A DNA stretch of 64,000 nt from a virus. How positions within the stretch are numbered: the first letter of the stretch is position 1; each line of letters starts with the position of its first letter. The translations under genes were made by a program, and so were the position numbers. The notes below the pieces were generated by a model. It was given only the letters and a program-made list of their open reading frames with translations, was not told where the DNA came from and did no database searches. The DNA is taken from positions 43,408-107,407 of the IMG/VR virus record IMGVR_UViG_3300046542_000168. The stretch is one strand, 5' to 3'. Below, in pieces: positions 5,934-16,369 of this stretch.

Positions 5934-6611
5934 ATGCCAGCAGGGTTTCAATCTATCAACGATAGCGGTACGGTCCAGATTGATGAAAACTACTCGACTC
6001 TGACCCTTATCGCTGCACCGACGATCACAATCAATGGTGCAGGCCCAGGGTCAGCGTATCCTGGCACAATGTGGGCAAGTTACACGGTTAACAGCCCCAA
6101 CCCCCAACTTTTTATCGGCAACACCTCCGGCGTATATGTAGCGGTTGTTAGCCGAACAAACCCCAGTGCTGGAGTCTGGACCTACACGTTCGCAGCAGGC
6201 GCTGCGGTTTCTGTACGGTTATTTATTTATTCACAAGCAGTAATGACTGCCGGTAACTGCGGAATGCAGGTATTTAATTCCGGTGGTGGACTCGTCTTCG
6301 ATAGTTCTGCTCCATTCCTCCGTATGTCTGCGGTATATCAGATTGGTGGTGCAGCGGGCAGTAGCTCCTTCGGTATTCCGCAAGACGGTCGGGCCTACGC
6401 TGCCGCTCTCTCATATAGTCGGTGCTCGATCACTGGCCCAGGTGCTGGTTATTACTACTGGATGGCTGAGTGGATTAACGTCAGCGGGACCACGATTACA
6501 ACATCTACTCAGGGACCAATCTACCGGTTTCCTGCAAACAACCCGTATGCCTATCCCCCTCTTGCTAACGCACCCCCGCAAGTGTTGATGGTCGATGTGA
6601 CATATATTTAA
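5934..6611 (+). CDS. virion/tail-tip protein
   Basis: G/T/S-rich beta protein with repeated G.Q..N.SG..V.D motif, ends PQVLMVDVT. Confidence 0.55.
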   Translation: MPAGFQSINDSGTVQIDENYSTLTLIAAPTITINGAGPGSAYPGTMWASYTVNSPNPQLFIGNTSGVYVAVVSRTNPSAGVWTYTFAAGAAVSVRLFIYSQAVMTAGNCGMQVFNSGGGLVFDSSAPFLRMSAVYQIGGAAGSSSFGIPQDGRAYAAALSYSRCSITGPGAGYYYWMAEWINVSGTTITTSTQGPIYRFPANNPYAYPPLANAPPQVLMVDVTYI

Positions 6612-6618
6612 AGGATTA

Positions 6619-7053
6619 ATGATGACCGAACAAGCAATCGCTGAAGTGGTGACTACCTCTGTAGTCAAGCCAACTAAAGCCACAAAGAAAGTAAAACTAG
6701 TCAAGCAGAAGATTACATTGTTCTCTGCTGACCCGATGACCCTTATCGCTAAGCTTGAGGAATACATCCTCGCAGGCGCTAAGGTAGACCCAACGGAATT
6801 CTCCTACCTCAAGACACTGCCGATGCGAATTGGCCTGTACGTCGAAGGTCCGGCAGATAAAGACGACTGGTTGTGGAAGAGCGATGCCCACCTTAATTGC
6901 TTCGGCATTGATGTAGCAGAGTTCACATATGATGCAAAGGCTCTTGATGCCCTGGAGTGGAACGACTTCCGTAAAGTCTGTGCTGCTGTGGACGTTAAAG
7001 GCCGGGACCGCGCCAAGATGACTAAAGAGTATCTGGCCGCGATTGCTGAATAA
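6619..7053 (+). CDS. hypothetical protein
   Basis: 144 aa ORF with RBS within the late operon. Confidence 0.7.
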   Translation: MMTEQAIAEVVTTSVVKPTKATKKVKLVKQKITLFSADPMTLIAKLEEYILAGAKVDPTEFSYLKTLPMRIGLYVEGPADKDDWLWKSDAHLNCFGIDVAEFTYDAKALDALEWNDFRKVCAAVDVKGRDRAKMTKEYLAAIAE

Positions 7054-7062
7054 GGTTGACCT

Positions 7063-8568
7063 ATGGCCAATCCTCCATTTCAGCAGAAGAAGGAGCTGAT
7101 TGGCCCCGCCTCAGCAAAGCAAGTAATGATGTTACAAGCCGCTGCATCTACCGCCGTTATCGGTGGAGCTGCTGGCTCTGGTAAAAGTCACATTGCCCTT
7201 CTATTCCCTCTCAAGTACAAAGATGACCCCTACTTCCGTGGCGTTATCTTCCGTAAGACTACAGGCGAACTTCAAGACCTGTGGGACCGTGCTTGCGAGA
7301 TGTATCCGAAGCTCTACCCGAAAGATGATCGCGGTAGAAGCCCCGTCAAGATCCACCAGCAGAAGATGCGTATTACCTTCCCTTCTGGTGCGACTGTTTT
7401 ATTCTCTTACCTCGATCACGAGAAAGATAAATACAAGCATCAGGGTAAGGAATACACCTTCATTCTTTTCGATGAAGCAACGCACTTCTCGCAAACTCAA
7501 ATTGAATACCTACGTGGTCGTCTGCGTAGTTCCCGCTCTGAAAATCCAATTCAGATGATCCTCACGGCAAACCCGGACCCCGACTCAATTTTATTTAACT
7601 GGGTTGAATGGTACTTGCACGAAGACGGGCTGCCTAATCTTGATAAAGATGGCGTTGTTCGTTACTACGTGATGGAAGGCGGTGAATACATCTGGGCAGA
7701 CACTCGTGAGGAACTAGAGGCCATTCACGGCACCGGTCATGAAAGTGGTATCCAGTCGTTCACGTTCATCTCTGCAACGTGTTATGACAATCCCGTGTTG
7801 CTCTCCAACGACCCTTCATATCCGAGTCGGCTTAAAGCGAACAACGAAGTGGACGTGCAGCGGTTGCTATATGGTAACTGGAAAGTACGCCCTTCTGCTG
7901 CCGGGATTATGAAGCGTGAATGGTTCCACGAACTAGAGCAAGAGCCCGCCTGGACAGAGATTATCAAGTCGGTACGTGCGTTTGATTTCGCAGGTACGTT
8001 AAAGAGTGATTCAAACCCCAGCCCCGATTACACCGCTTGCGTGAAGATGTCACGACTCAAGAGCAGTACTTACCACATTCATGAAGTTCGCCGTACACGT
8101 ATTCGTTACGGAGACTGGGTGAAGTGGATTCTACACTGCTGTGTCGATGATGGCCCGAAAGTCGATGTAATTATCCCTATCGACCCTAACCCTGCTGCCG
8201 CTGCTGCATCAATGATGCTGGCACGAACTCTCAGCGAACATGGGTTGTATGTTCGAAGGTTTAAAGCCTCCGGCAAAAAGATTGATCGTGCAAGGCCATT
8301 CGCCTCGATGCTGCTTAATGGTGGCGTCAGTATCTCTAAAGACTGTGCAGTCGATGAAGAGAACAAAATCAATTACGACAACACTTTCTATTTCAAAGAG
8401 TGCGAAGCATTCGATGGTGAAAAGAGGAAAGGCGAGAACGGTCACGACGATATGGTCGATGCCACTTCCGATGCCTTTATGGCCCTCGCTCAGAAAGCTG
8501 TTATCCCCAACGTTTCTCACGGATTGAAGCAATTCAATACCTCTTTCAGTAACCCATTCTCACGATAG
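7063..8568 (+). CDS. terL: terminase large subunit
   Basis: Walker A GGAAGSGKS, Walker B FILFDEATHF, TANP motif, nuclease HDDMVDA. Confidence 0.95.
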   Translation: MANPPFQQKKELIGPASAKQVMMLQAAASTAVIGGAAGSGKSHIALLFPLKYKDDPYFRGVIFRKTTGELQDLWDRACEMYPKLYPKDDRGRSPVKIHQQKMRITFPSGATVLFSYLDHEKDKYKHQGKEYTFILFDEATHFSQTQIEYLRGRLRSSRSENPIQMILTANPDPDSILFNWVEWYLHEDGLPNLDKDGVVRYYVMEGGEYIWADTREELEAIHGTGHESGIQSFTFISATCYDNPVLLSNDPSYPSRLKANNEVDVQRLLYGNWKVRPSAAGIMKREWFHELEQEPAWTEIIKSVRAFDFAGTLKSDSNPSPDYTACVKMSRLKSSTYHIHEVRRTRIRYGDWVKWILHCCVDDGPKVDVIIPIDPNPAAAAASMMLARTLSEHGLYVRRFKASGKKIDRARPFASMLLNGGVSISKDCAVDEENKINYDNTFYFKECEAFDGEKRKGENGHDDMVDATSDAFMALAQKAVIPNVSHGLKQFNTSFSNPFSR

Positions 8569-8580
8569 TAGGGAACATGA

Positions 8581-10077
8581 ATGGACGAAGATAATATCTC
8601 CCTGGAAACTGGGAGTAACGATACTCCTACGCTTACTATGGGTGAGATTGGCCGTTCTGGCTTGATCGTACTAGGTGGGAACATCTTCGAAGAGTGTCAG
8701 GATGAACTTCGGTGGCCACAAGCCGCTGAAACATATAAAGAGATGTCTAAAGACGCCTCTATTGCTGCCGCTCTCGATTATGTAGATAACAAAGTAGCCA
8801 CAGCCGAGTGGGAAGTAAAGATCCCAGAAGGCTATGACGAAAAGCTCAAGACTCATGCAATCTTCCTGAAGCAATGCATGAACGATATGGAACACACATG
8901 GACCGACTTCATTAAGCAAGCTGCTTCTTTCGGTCGATATGGCTTCGCTCCTATCGAGAAGGTTTACCGCTACAGAGACAAGACAAAGGGAAGCAAGTAC
9001 GGCGATATGCTGATTGCCCCCCGTAAGCTCGTTCTACGCTCCCAGGACTCTATTGATAGATGGAGATGGGGCACAAGCGGCAAAGACCTTCAGGGGTTCT
9101 ACCAGAACGTCTGGAGCATGACATCCAACCCGATCAACAGTGAAGGTTGGGGCTACATTGATGGCCCACGCGAATTAGCACAGAAGTTTATCCCGCGTAA
9201 AAAGTTTCTCCTGTTCCGCCATAACCCACAGAAGGATAGCCCTACCGGCACATCCCCTCTGGCAAGTGTATGGCAAGCCTGGAAAATGAAGCAGGCATAT
9301 CAAGAGGCTGAGGCCCTAGGTGCTGCTCAAGACGCAAACGCATTTAAGATCCTCTTCCTTCCGCCAGAGTATCTGGTATCGGACGCGGATGAAGATAAGA
9401 AAGAAGCCCTTAAGATTTTCCAGAAGGCTCTTTCAAACTCTCACAGAGCCCTGGAATCAGGAATCATCCTGCCTTACGTCACTGACGAACAAGGCAAGAA
9501 GATGTTCGACTTTGAAATTAAGAACATCGCCGGTACTTCCCGATATGACACTGACACCATTATTAATCGCTACAACCAAGAGATTCTTGTCGGCCTATTT
9601 GCCGACGTACTTGCTCTAGGAAGTGGTGGCGGTGGCGGTAGTTATTCACTCTCTGAATCGAAACTATCAGTTATCGACCTCGCTGTCCGGGCCCGCCTGG
9701 ACGAGATTCGTAATCAGATCAACCACGACCTAGTTCGACAAATCTTCGAACTTAACGGATGGGACACTGAGGTAATGCCGTACTTCGAATACAGGCTACC
9801 AGAAGCAGTCAACTTAGAAGAACTAGGTAAGTTCATCCAGCGTGTTAAAGCGGTTGGTATGTTGCCTATTACTCCGAAAGTTGTGAACTGGGTACTTAAG
9901 CTCGCTGAGATTCCTTATCAAGTTGATGAAGACGCCACTACAGAAGAACTTCTGAAGATGATGGGCGCCGATGAATCAGCATCTGGTGAGGGAATGAAGG
10001 AAGGGTTGAGTTCGGGAACTGGCAAATCGTCGGGAGGAAGCGGTGACGCCTCTACCGGCAATAAAGAAAATGCCTAG
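8581..10077 (+). CDS. portal protein
   Basis: 498 aa directly after TerL; YGFAPIEKVY and P.G.SPL motifs. Confidence 0.88.
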   Translation: MDEDNISLETGSNDTPTLTMGEIGRSGLIVLGGNIFEECQDELRWPQAAETYKEMSKDASIAAALDYVDNKVATAEWEVKIPEGYDEKLKTHAIFLKQCMNDMEHTWTDFIKQAASFGRYGFAPIEKVYRYRDKTKGSKYGDMLIAPRKLVLRSQDSIDRWRWGTSGKDLQGFYQNVWSMTSNPINSEGWGYIDGPRELAQKFIPRKKFLLFRHNPQKDSPTGTSPLASVWQAWKMKQAYQEAEALGAAQDANAFKILFLPPEYLVSDADEDKKEALKIFQKALSNSHRALESGIILPYVTDEQGKKMFDFEIKNIAGTSRYDTDTIINRYNQEILVGLFADVLALGSGGGGGSYSLSESKLSVIDLAVRARLDEIRNQINHDLVRQIFELNGWDTEVMPYFEYRLPEAVNLEELGKFIQRVKAVGMLPITPKVVNWVLKLAEIPYQVDEDATTEELLKMMGADESASGEGMKEGLSSGTGKSSGGSGDASTGNKENA

Positions 10078-10085
10078 GAGTAGAG

Positions 10086-11480
10086 ATGGCTCACACCCTT
10101 ATTAGACTCAGGGAGAAGTATTACAACACTCCCCTGTTGGTAGACACAGAGACATTTAACTCTGTGATGTCCTACCTAGATACACGCAACGACGGCAATG
10201 TAGAAATTAACGCTCGAAGCGGAGAGGACGAAAGCGGGCATTCCCGCATCCTCTACAACGAAGATACACAGACCGCTGTTATGCACATTGAAGGTCCACT
10301 GACATATCGTCCAGTTACTTTCATGGGCTTCGACTGCGGCGGAACTAACTACACCGATCTAAAGCAAGATGTTGAAACGGCCATTGATATGGGCGCCAAG
10401 ACAATTGCCTGGATGGTAGATAGTGGTGGTGGTGAAGCACATCAGATGTCGGACTCTGCGAAGTACATTCGCAAGCTACTTGATGAAAGTGGTGTTCGAC
10501 TCCTGGCGTATGTAGATGGCCGGTCGGCCTCTGCTGCTTACGGCCTTACAGCTATCGCTGATGAAATCATTGCCTCACGAGATTCCGAACTAGGAAGCAT
10601 CGGGGTACTTGTTCAACTCATCAACGATTCCCAGGCCATGAAGAAAGAAGGCTATGAACGCACGTTCATTACTGCCGGTGACGACAAGATCCCGTTTGCC
10701 GAAGATGGAAGTTGGCGTGAAGGATTCTTAGCTGATCTTCAGAAAAAAGTAGACATCACCTACAAAGACTTTACCGAGCATGTTGCTGACCACAGAGGCA
10801 TCTCAGTAGAAACAGTTAAGTCCACTCAAGCACGAATGTTCTTTGCAACAGATGCTATCGGGTTGGGCCTCGCTGACAAAGTAATGACTCCTGAAGAGTT
10901 CTATACATATCTGGCTGATGAAGCCCAATCAAACATGAGTGGAAACGCTGTGTTCAAACCACGCATTTTTAAATCTATGTCCGCACAGGATGACCCTATG
11001 AAACTAGCTGAACTGGAAGCTCAACTTACCGAGCTGACAACTAAACTAGCCGACGCCGAAGCAACTATCGCTGCAAGCGTAGAAGCTAACACATCAGCCG
11101 CTCAGGCTGTTGTCGAGGCTCTGGCAACTAATGAAACTCTGGCTTCGCAACTACTGGCTGCTCAAGACGAACTAACTTCGCTTAAAGCAGAGAAAGCAGA
11201 AGCTGCTCTAGCCTCTCGTAAAGCTTCCCTACTTGCTGCTGCTGTTCCGGCTGATCGTGTTGAAGGAATGATGACAAGTCTGTCGTCGCTTGATGACGCA
11301 ACCTTCCAGACTGTAGTTGATGGCTTCGCTGCCACTAAAGCAACTGTAGAACAATCTGCACTTATGACCGAACTAGGTCAAGACGCAGAAGTTGAAGCTC
11401 CTGCAAAAGCAACTGCTGATGCTGACGCAGCAGACGCTGCAACTCGTGCCGCTATCGCTCGTCGCGCTAACCGCAAGTAA
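10086..11480 (+). CDS. prohead protease (S49) fused to scaffold
   Basis: DSGGGE, ASAAY and GSIGV S49 motifs; Ala/Glu-rich coiled-coil C-terminus. Confidence 0.9.
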   Translation: MAHTLIRLREKYYNTPLLVDTETFNSVMSYLDTRNDGNVEINARSGEDESGHSRILYNEDTQTAVMHIEGPLTYRPVTFMGFDCGGTNYTDLKQDVETAIDMGAKTIAWMVDSGGGEAHQMSDSAKYIRKLLDESGVRLLAYVDGRSASAAYGLTAIADEIIASRDSELGSIGVLVQLINDSQAMKKEGYERTFITAGDDKIPFAEDGSWREGFLADLQKKVDITYKDFTEHVADHRGISVETVKSTQARMFFATDAIGLGLADKVMTPEEFYTYLADEAQSNMSGNAVFKPRIFKSMSAQDDPMKLAELEAQLTELTTKLADAEATIAASVEANTSAAQAVVEALATNETLASQLLAAQDELTSLKAEKAEAALASRKASLLAAAVPADRVEGMMTSLSSLDDATFQTVVDGFAATKATVEQSALMTELGQDAEVEAPAKATADADAADAATRAAIARRANRK

Positions 11481-11507
11481 TTACCCCCCGAACTTTAAGG
11501 AATAAAA

Positions 11508-11960
11508 ATGCCATTCCAAGCTATGCCTGTGCGTGAAAAACGCCTATCTGACCTAGTTGTTTTCGAAGGTTTCGAACCAACAGTTGGTTATAACCGTCGT
11601 GACATTAACGTCACCCCTCCTGCCGCTAGTGCTCCAGTAAAACTAGGGACCATCGTGTTCCGTGCTAAATCGACTGACGAAGCTGCTCCATTCGCAGTAG
11701 TTGCGGCTGTTGGTGACATTGCTCTGACTAACGAGTACGCAGTCGTTATTGGCGACCACTACGGCTACAAGCCTTCATTTGTTCCTGCCGCTATTGCTGC
11801 TGGCAAGTTCAACTCGATTGGTTACACAAGTGGTCCGATGAAAATCAAAGACTACCTGCCTAAACAAATCCACTCCGCCCTCAACCCTACTCAGTTTGCT
11901 GCCCTGGCACAAGCACTAGAGAAGCAGGGCATCGTCGTAGTTGACCACGTAATCGTTTGA
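11508..11960 (+). CDS. head decoration protein
   Basis: size and position between protease and MCP (lambda gpD slot). Confidence 0.75.
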   Translation: MPFQAMPVREKRLSDLVVFEGFEPTVGYNRRDINVTPPAASAPVKLGTIVFRAKSTDEAAPFAVVAAVGDIALTNEYAVVIGDHYGYKPSFVPAAIAAGKFNSIGYTSGPMKIKDYLPKQIHSALNPTQFAALAQALEKQGIVVVDHVIV

Positions 11961-12010
11961 TTACGTGTTTCACCACAACTAACTAATATCATAGGACATA
12001 GAGACTTATT

Positions 12011-13096
12011 ATGGGTATCACTCTTAACCGTAACAACCTTGGTAAGGTTGTTGACCGTACCGACGTACTGGTAGATGTACCGTACACAGCGGACATCACC
12101 GAAGCACTGGGTCTGTTTACTGACCACTACAGCACACAGAAGACTGTTGAAATTGTTCGTAAGAGCAGCAACCAACAAATTCTGACCGACAGCAACTGGG
12201 ATAGTGGCCGTGGGCAAACACTGACTGTAGAACCAACTCGTGAATTCGTTCACGCTAGCATCCCGCACATCAGTGCATCGGACGCTATCTACCCGCACGA
12301 CCTAGACGGCGTAGTGCAGATCGACGACAGCGTTGAAATCATGAATCTCGCTCAGGTAGCGGACATTCGTGCAGAGAAGATGCTGACTCTGAAAGATGCT
12401 CACAACCTGACTCAGGTTGCAGCTCGTTTCCAACTTCTGCGTGACGGTACTGTTTACGCACCGAACAAAACCCTGCGTACAAGCTACGGCGACACCATCA
12501 ACTTCTACACAGAGTTCGGTGTTACACGTCAGTCTATCGCAATGGACTTCGGCAACACAGTAGACCCGCGTGCTCAGTCCCGCGAAGTACTGGCCAACCT
12601 GCGTAAAGACCTGCGTGGAACAACTGGCGCCCTTCGTGGTGTAGTTGCACTAGTAGGTAGCGAGTTCTTCACCAAGGTGATTATGAACCCGTATGTAACA
12701 GAAATGCTTAAGAGCCTGCCGACTTCCCAGTCCCTGGCAACTCTTCTGGGTGTTAATGCTGATGACCCGCGCTTCGCTGGTCTGAATGAGCGTTTCCCTA
12801 GCATCAGCCTGTTCGGTATCACCTATGTAGACGTAGGTGTTTCGGGTTACGACGTAGGGAACTCTTTCGTTCCGTTCGTTGCTGATGACGAAGGTATTCT
12901 GCTGCCAGTAGGTCTGACCAACTTGGCGAAGACTTACTACGCTCCAGCTAACCGCTTCAGCTCGGTTAACAAGAAGTCGCAAGGTAGCTACTGGTTCGAA
13001 TCCGCTTCTGACCAGAAGATCACCATCGACACAGAACAGAACTTCATGAACGCCCTGCTATGGCCAGCGGCTGTGAAGACTCTGACCCTGGCGTAA
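12011..13096 (+). CDS. major capsid protein (lambda gpE-like)
   Basis: 361 aa, strongly biased codons, followed by terminator. Confidence 0.88.
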   Translation: MGITLNRNNLGKVVDRTDVLVDVPYTADITEALGLFTDHYSTQKTVEIVRKSSNQQILTDSNWDSGRGQTLTVEPTREFVHASIPHISASDAIYPHDLDGVVQIDDSVEIMNLAQVADIRAEKMLTLKDAHNLTQVAARFQLLRDGTVYAPNKTLRTSYGDTINFYTEFGVTRQSIAMDFGNTVDPRAQSREVLANLRKDLRGTTGALRGVVALVGSEFFTKVIMNPYVTEMLKSLPTSQSLATLLGVNADDPRFAGLNERFPSISLFGITYVDVGVSGYDVGNSFVPFVADDEGILLPVGLTNLAKTYYAPANRFSSVNKKSQGSYWFESASDQKITIDTEQNFMNALLWPAAVKTLTLA

Positions 13097-13102
13097 TTGA
13101 AC

Positions 13103-13127
13103 TGGGGCGGTCTTGTGCCGCCCCATT
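13103..13127 (+). terminator. hairpin/terminator after MCP
   Basis: TGGGGCGG-N-CCGCCCCA. Confidence 0.6.
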
Positions 13128-13147
13128 CTGCCTTCTAGGAGAAGTAT

Positions 13148-13354
13148 ATGAAACTTGATGACTTGTTCATCCAGGCTGGCTGGATTGCTACTTGCCGCCA
13201 ACTTGCCGCTACGCTGCCGAATAAGGCTGGTATTACCGCTCTTACTCCAGTGTCAGTTGCAAACGCTACAGACGCTACAACTGCTGCAACCCTGGCTAAC
13301 GCTAATAAGGTTGCTATCAACGCAATCATTGCTGCACTAAAGAACGTGGCGTAA
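13148..13354 (+). CDS. small head-fibre-like protein
   Basis: RBS AGGAG; ATDATTAATLANANK..INAIIAALK motif. Confidence 0.6.
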   Translation: MKLDDLFIQAGWIATCRQLAATLPNKAGITALTPVSVANATDATTAATLANANKVAINAIIAALKNVA

Positions 13355-13360
13355 ATAAAG

Positions 13361-13999
13361 ATGGCGTATCAACTCCCTAACGGATCTACTTTTGAATTTG
13401 CTAGCGGGTATACGCCGTTTTTAACAATCACGGCGATTTCTCGTGCTGCAAACGCTGTATGTACCGTATCAAGTCACACCCTAACAATCAACCAGATCGT
13501 AATGATTAAGTCTGGCTGGTGGGACATTGACGGACGCGCATTTAGAGTTTCAGCAGTTACGGCTACAACATTCACGTTGGCCGGTGCTGATACTACAGAT
13601 ACAAAGAGGAACGTTGGAACTAACTACGGCACAGCCCGTGGAGTTACCGCATGGGTACAAGTACCCCAGATCCTCAATCTCACTCTCTCCGGTGGAGAGC
13701 AGCAATACACAACATTTAGCCCCTCACGTTCCGGCAAGGAAGTCAGTCGCCCCACTATAAAGAGTGCAGCGGTCATGACACTTGAGGTAGCTGATGACAA
13801 ATCCCTCCCCCTGTTTTCCACAATTGAACTTGCATCGGAAACAGAAGAGATTCAGGTGCAACGCCTGACACTTATTAACTCCGATTACATCTTGTACGCA
13901 AGCTTAGCCTCGATGACTAAGACGCCTAAGATGCAACGCGATCAGTTAATGACAAGAACAATTTCCCTGGCTCTCCAGGGAGACAACACCCGATATTAA
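13361..13999 (+). CDS. tail tube protein paralog 1
   Basis: MAYQLPNGSTF...VPQI...SGGEQQY; clearly homologous to 15678-16319. Confidence 0.8.
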   Translation: MAYQLPNGSTFEFASGYTPFLTITAISRAANAVCTVSSHTLTINQIVMIKSGWWDIDGRAFRVSAVTATTFTLAGADTTDTKRNVGTNYGTARGVTAWVQVPQILNLTLSGGEQQYTTFSPSRSGKEVSRPTIKSAAVMTLEVADDKSLPLFSTIELASETEEIQVQRLTLINSDYILYASLASMTKTPKMQRDQLMTRTISLALQGDNTRY

Positions 14000-14008
14000 G
14001 GAAGCAAG

Positions 14009-14443
14009 ATGGCTGCAACAACTGAAGAAAAGATTGCTTTTATCAAGCTCCGTATCGGTGATGTAACTAGTAACCCTATCTTCCCTATGTTTACCGATGA
14101 AGAGTACACAGTTGTACTTGATGGGAACAGTGGGAACATTGAACGAACTACCCGCATGATGGCTATCAGTGCCACGATGATTGTTGGCTCTGTTAGCACT
14201 AGGGAAATGGTTGGTGACATCGAAGTACAGAACGTCTTCGCTACGAACTACCTGAAAGCCCTGGACTACCTGATTAACGATCCGATGACCCGCATTCCAG
14301 CGAACCTAATGCCGTGGGTAGCAGGTATGGATAGCCAACCAACTAAGTTGGAACAGGCTTCCGACCTATCTTGTGGATGCCGCAACGGCCTAACATTCGG
14401 CGGATATCAGTCAAGTTATCACCTCTGCACTTGCGGAGGTTGA
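14009..14443 (+). CDS. head-tail adaptor
   Basis: LRIGD...FTDEE motif and gene order. Confidence 0.7.
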   Translation: MAATTEEKIAFIKLRIGDVTSNPIFPMFTDEEYTVVLDGNSGNIERTTRMMAISATMIVGSVSTREMVGDIEVQNVFATNYLKALDYLINDPMTRIPANLMPWVAGMDSQPTKLEQASDLSCGCRNGLTFGGYQSSYHLCTCGG

Positions 14444-14444
14444 T

Positions 14445-14834
14445 ATGGCCGATCTATTCGACCGACTGAGGAAGACAGTTGTTAAGCAACTGGCTCCCCG
14501 CTCTGTTGGTGGTAAGGGTATGGCTGGACTCCTTATTCGTAAGGAACGCACTTACAACCCCGATACTGACATGAACGAAGTGGTTGATACCACTTACGAC
14601 ATCTCCGGCCTCAAGGCTACTTACAAGCTCCACTACGTCGATGGCTCGCTTATCCGTATGAGCGATGTGAAGTTCGATCTTAGTCCGTCGCTGTTAGATG
14701 GCACCGTATGCCCTACCCCAACTACTTCCGATCAGATTCAACTTGATGGAAAGGTTTACACCGTCGTCACAGTTGCTAACTGGAATGGTGCTGGTGATGA
14801 CCTGGGCTGGGTCTTGCAACTGAGGACAGCCTAA
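14445..14834 (+). CDS. head closure protein
   Basis: gene order; YNPDT, DG..Y.V..V, LQLR end. Confidence 0.7.
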   Translation: MADLFDRLRKTVVKQLAPRSVGGKGMAGLLIRKERTYNPDTDMNEVVDTTYDISGLKATYKLHYVDGSLIRMSDVKFDLSPSLLDGTVCPTPTTSDQIQLDGKVYTVVTVANWNGAGDDLGWVLQLRTA

Positions 14835-15253
14835 TGGCTAATGGATTCGACTCTTTCACAAAAGACCTCGAAGGCTTTGTTAAGCGTACAGAGAAGGCTC
14901 TGACAGATTCATTCAGAGAGTTGGTAGTAGAGATTGGTGCAACAGTAATCAAGTTCTCTCCAGTCCTTACAGGCCGCTTTAAAGGCAACTGGCAGATGAC
15001 TGTCGGTTCACCTTCGACCCACAGTGTACCTAACTACGATCCTGAAGGGGCAGCAACACTCGCTCAACTCAAGATCATGGCTTCAACACTTACTCCAGGC
15101 GAGATTGCTTACATCGTCAATAACCTCTCCTACGCCTATAAGGTCGAAGTTGAAGGTTGGAAAGTTACACCCGCCTATCAGCCAGTGCTACGCACATACG
15201 CAGAGTTTGATGCTCTTGCGAATGAGGCAGTACTAAGGAACAGGGTGGGCTAA
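14834..15253 (+). CDS. HK97 gp10-like neck/tail completion protein
   Basis: SPV.TGRFKGNWQ and YI.NNL.YA motifs. Confidence 0.8.
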   Translation: MANGFDSFTKDLEGFVKRTEKALTDSFRELVVEIGATVIKFSPVLTGRFKGNWQMTVGSPSTHSVPNYDPEGAATLAQLKIMASTLTPGEIAYIVNNLSYAYKVEVEGWKVTPAYQPVLRTYAEFDALANEAVLRNRVG

Positions 15254-15663
15254 TGAGCGATAGTAAAATTCGCAAAGCTTTTAACGACATCGTTCGAGGA
15301 TATGGAACTTCGAAAGGTTGGGTAGTTGTTATTGAGAACTCAGTAGCCACGCCGCCGCCTAATCAACCATATCTGAAAACAACACTTGGCCCATCTACAC
15401 CTAGGGCCAGTACTTTAGCAGGTGATGGCAAGACTTACCGTGGAGCATTCCAGGTGATGGTTGTTGTTCCTGCTGGAGAAGGAACAGGACGTGTCACGAC
15501 CATCATTGATGAGTTGCAGGAACTCTTCCCGCTCTATGGGCGAGTAAGTTACGGCACTAATGAAGCCGTGATTATGACGCCGATTCAAACATTAATGGGC
15601 ATTACAGATGGTGGAAATTACTCCACCCCAGTCTCTTTTACCTACCGCTCTGATACAAACTAA
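15253..15663 (+). CDS. tail terminator protein
   Basis: G.FQV.V.VPAG.G motif, precedes tail tube. Confidence 0.75.
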   Translation: MSDSKIRKAFNDIVRGYGTSKGWVVVIENSVATPPPNQPYLKTTLGPSTPRASTLAGDGKTYRGAFQVMVVVPAGEGTGRVTTIIDELQELFPLYGRVSYGTNEAVIMTPIQTLMGITDGGNYSTPVSFTYRSDTN

Positions 15664-15677
15664 CGAGGAAACTCAAT

Positions 15678-16319
15678 ATGGCATATGCATTGCCGAACGG
15701 CAGCACCTTCGACGTGGCAAGTGTCCTTGCTGCTGCGAAACCAATTACAACCATCACTAACGCTACTACCCCGCTAGTTACATCGACAGCTCACGGTCTT
15801 CTGACTGGTGATTATGTTGTCGTTACATCGGGCTGGTCGAAGCTAAACAACCGCGTTTTCCGTATCACAATCGGTACTGCAAACGACTTCACACTTCAGG
15901 GTGTAGATACTACTTCTACTGCCAACTTCCCTGCTGGCCAGGGTGTAGGTACATACCAGAAAGTGACTACCTGGGTAAACATCCCACAGATCACTGAAGT
16001 ATCGTTCTCTGGTGGTGAGCAACAATTCATTAACTTCGCCTTCCTTGAAGATGTTGATGAGAAGCAGATGCCAACAAGTAAGTCGGCTATCTCGATGTCA
16101 CTGACTGTAGCGGATGACCCATCCCTTCCATACGTGACTATTGTTGAAGCTGCGGACGTTGACCTGAAACCTCGCCCAGTTCGCCTTAACCTAGTCTCTG
16201 GCTCGGTAATGGCTTACAACGCGATTGTCAGCATCACTGCAACTCCGACTGTTACCCGCGATGAACTGATGACCCGTGTTATCACCCTCTCGCTGCAAGC
16301 ACGTCCAACACGTCTGTAA
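15678..16319 (+). CDS. major tail tube protein
   Basis: MAYALPNGSTF...SGGEQQF; canonical position before chaperones. Confidence 0.88.
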   Translation: MAYALPNGSTFDVASVLAAAKPITTITNATTPLVTSTAHGLLTGDYVVVTSGWSKLNNRVFRITIGTANDFTLQGVDTTSTANFPAGQGVGTYQKVTTWVNIPQITEVSFSGGEQQFINFAFLEDVDEKQMPTSKSAISMSLTVADDPSLPYVTIVEAADVDLKPRPVRLNLVSGSVMAYNAIVSITATPTVTRDELMTRVITLSLQARPTRL

Positions 16320-16369
16320 GGACATAGCCGCCCTTCGGGGCGGCATTTTATAACAAGGAAAAAGTTATA

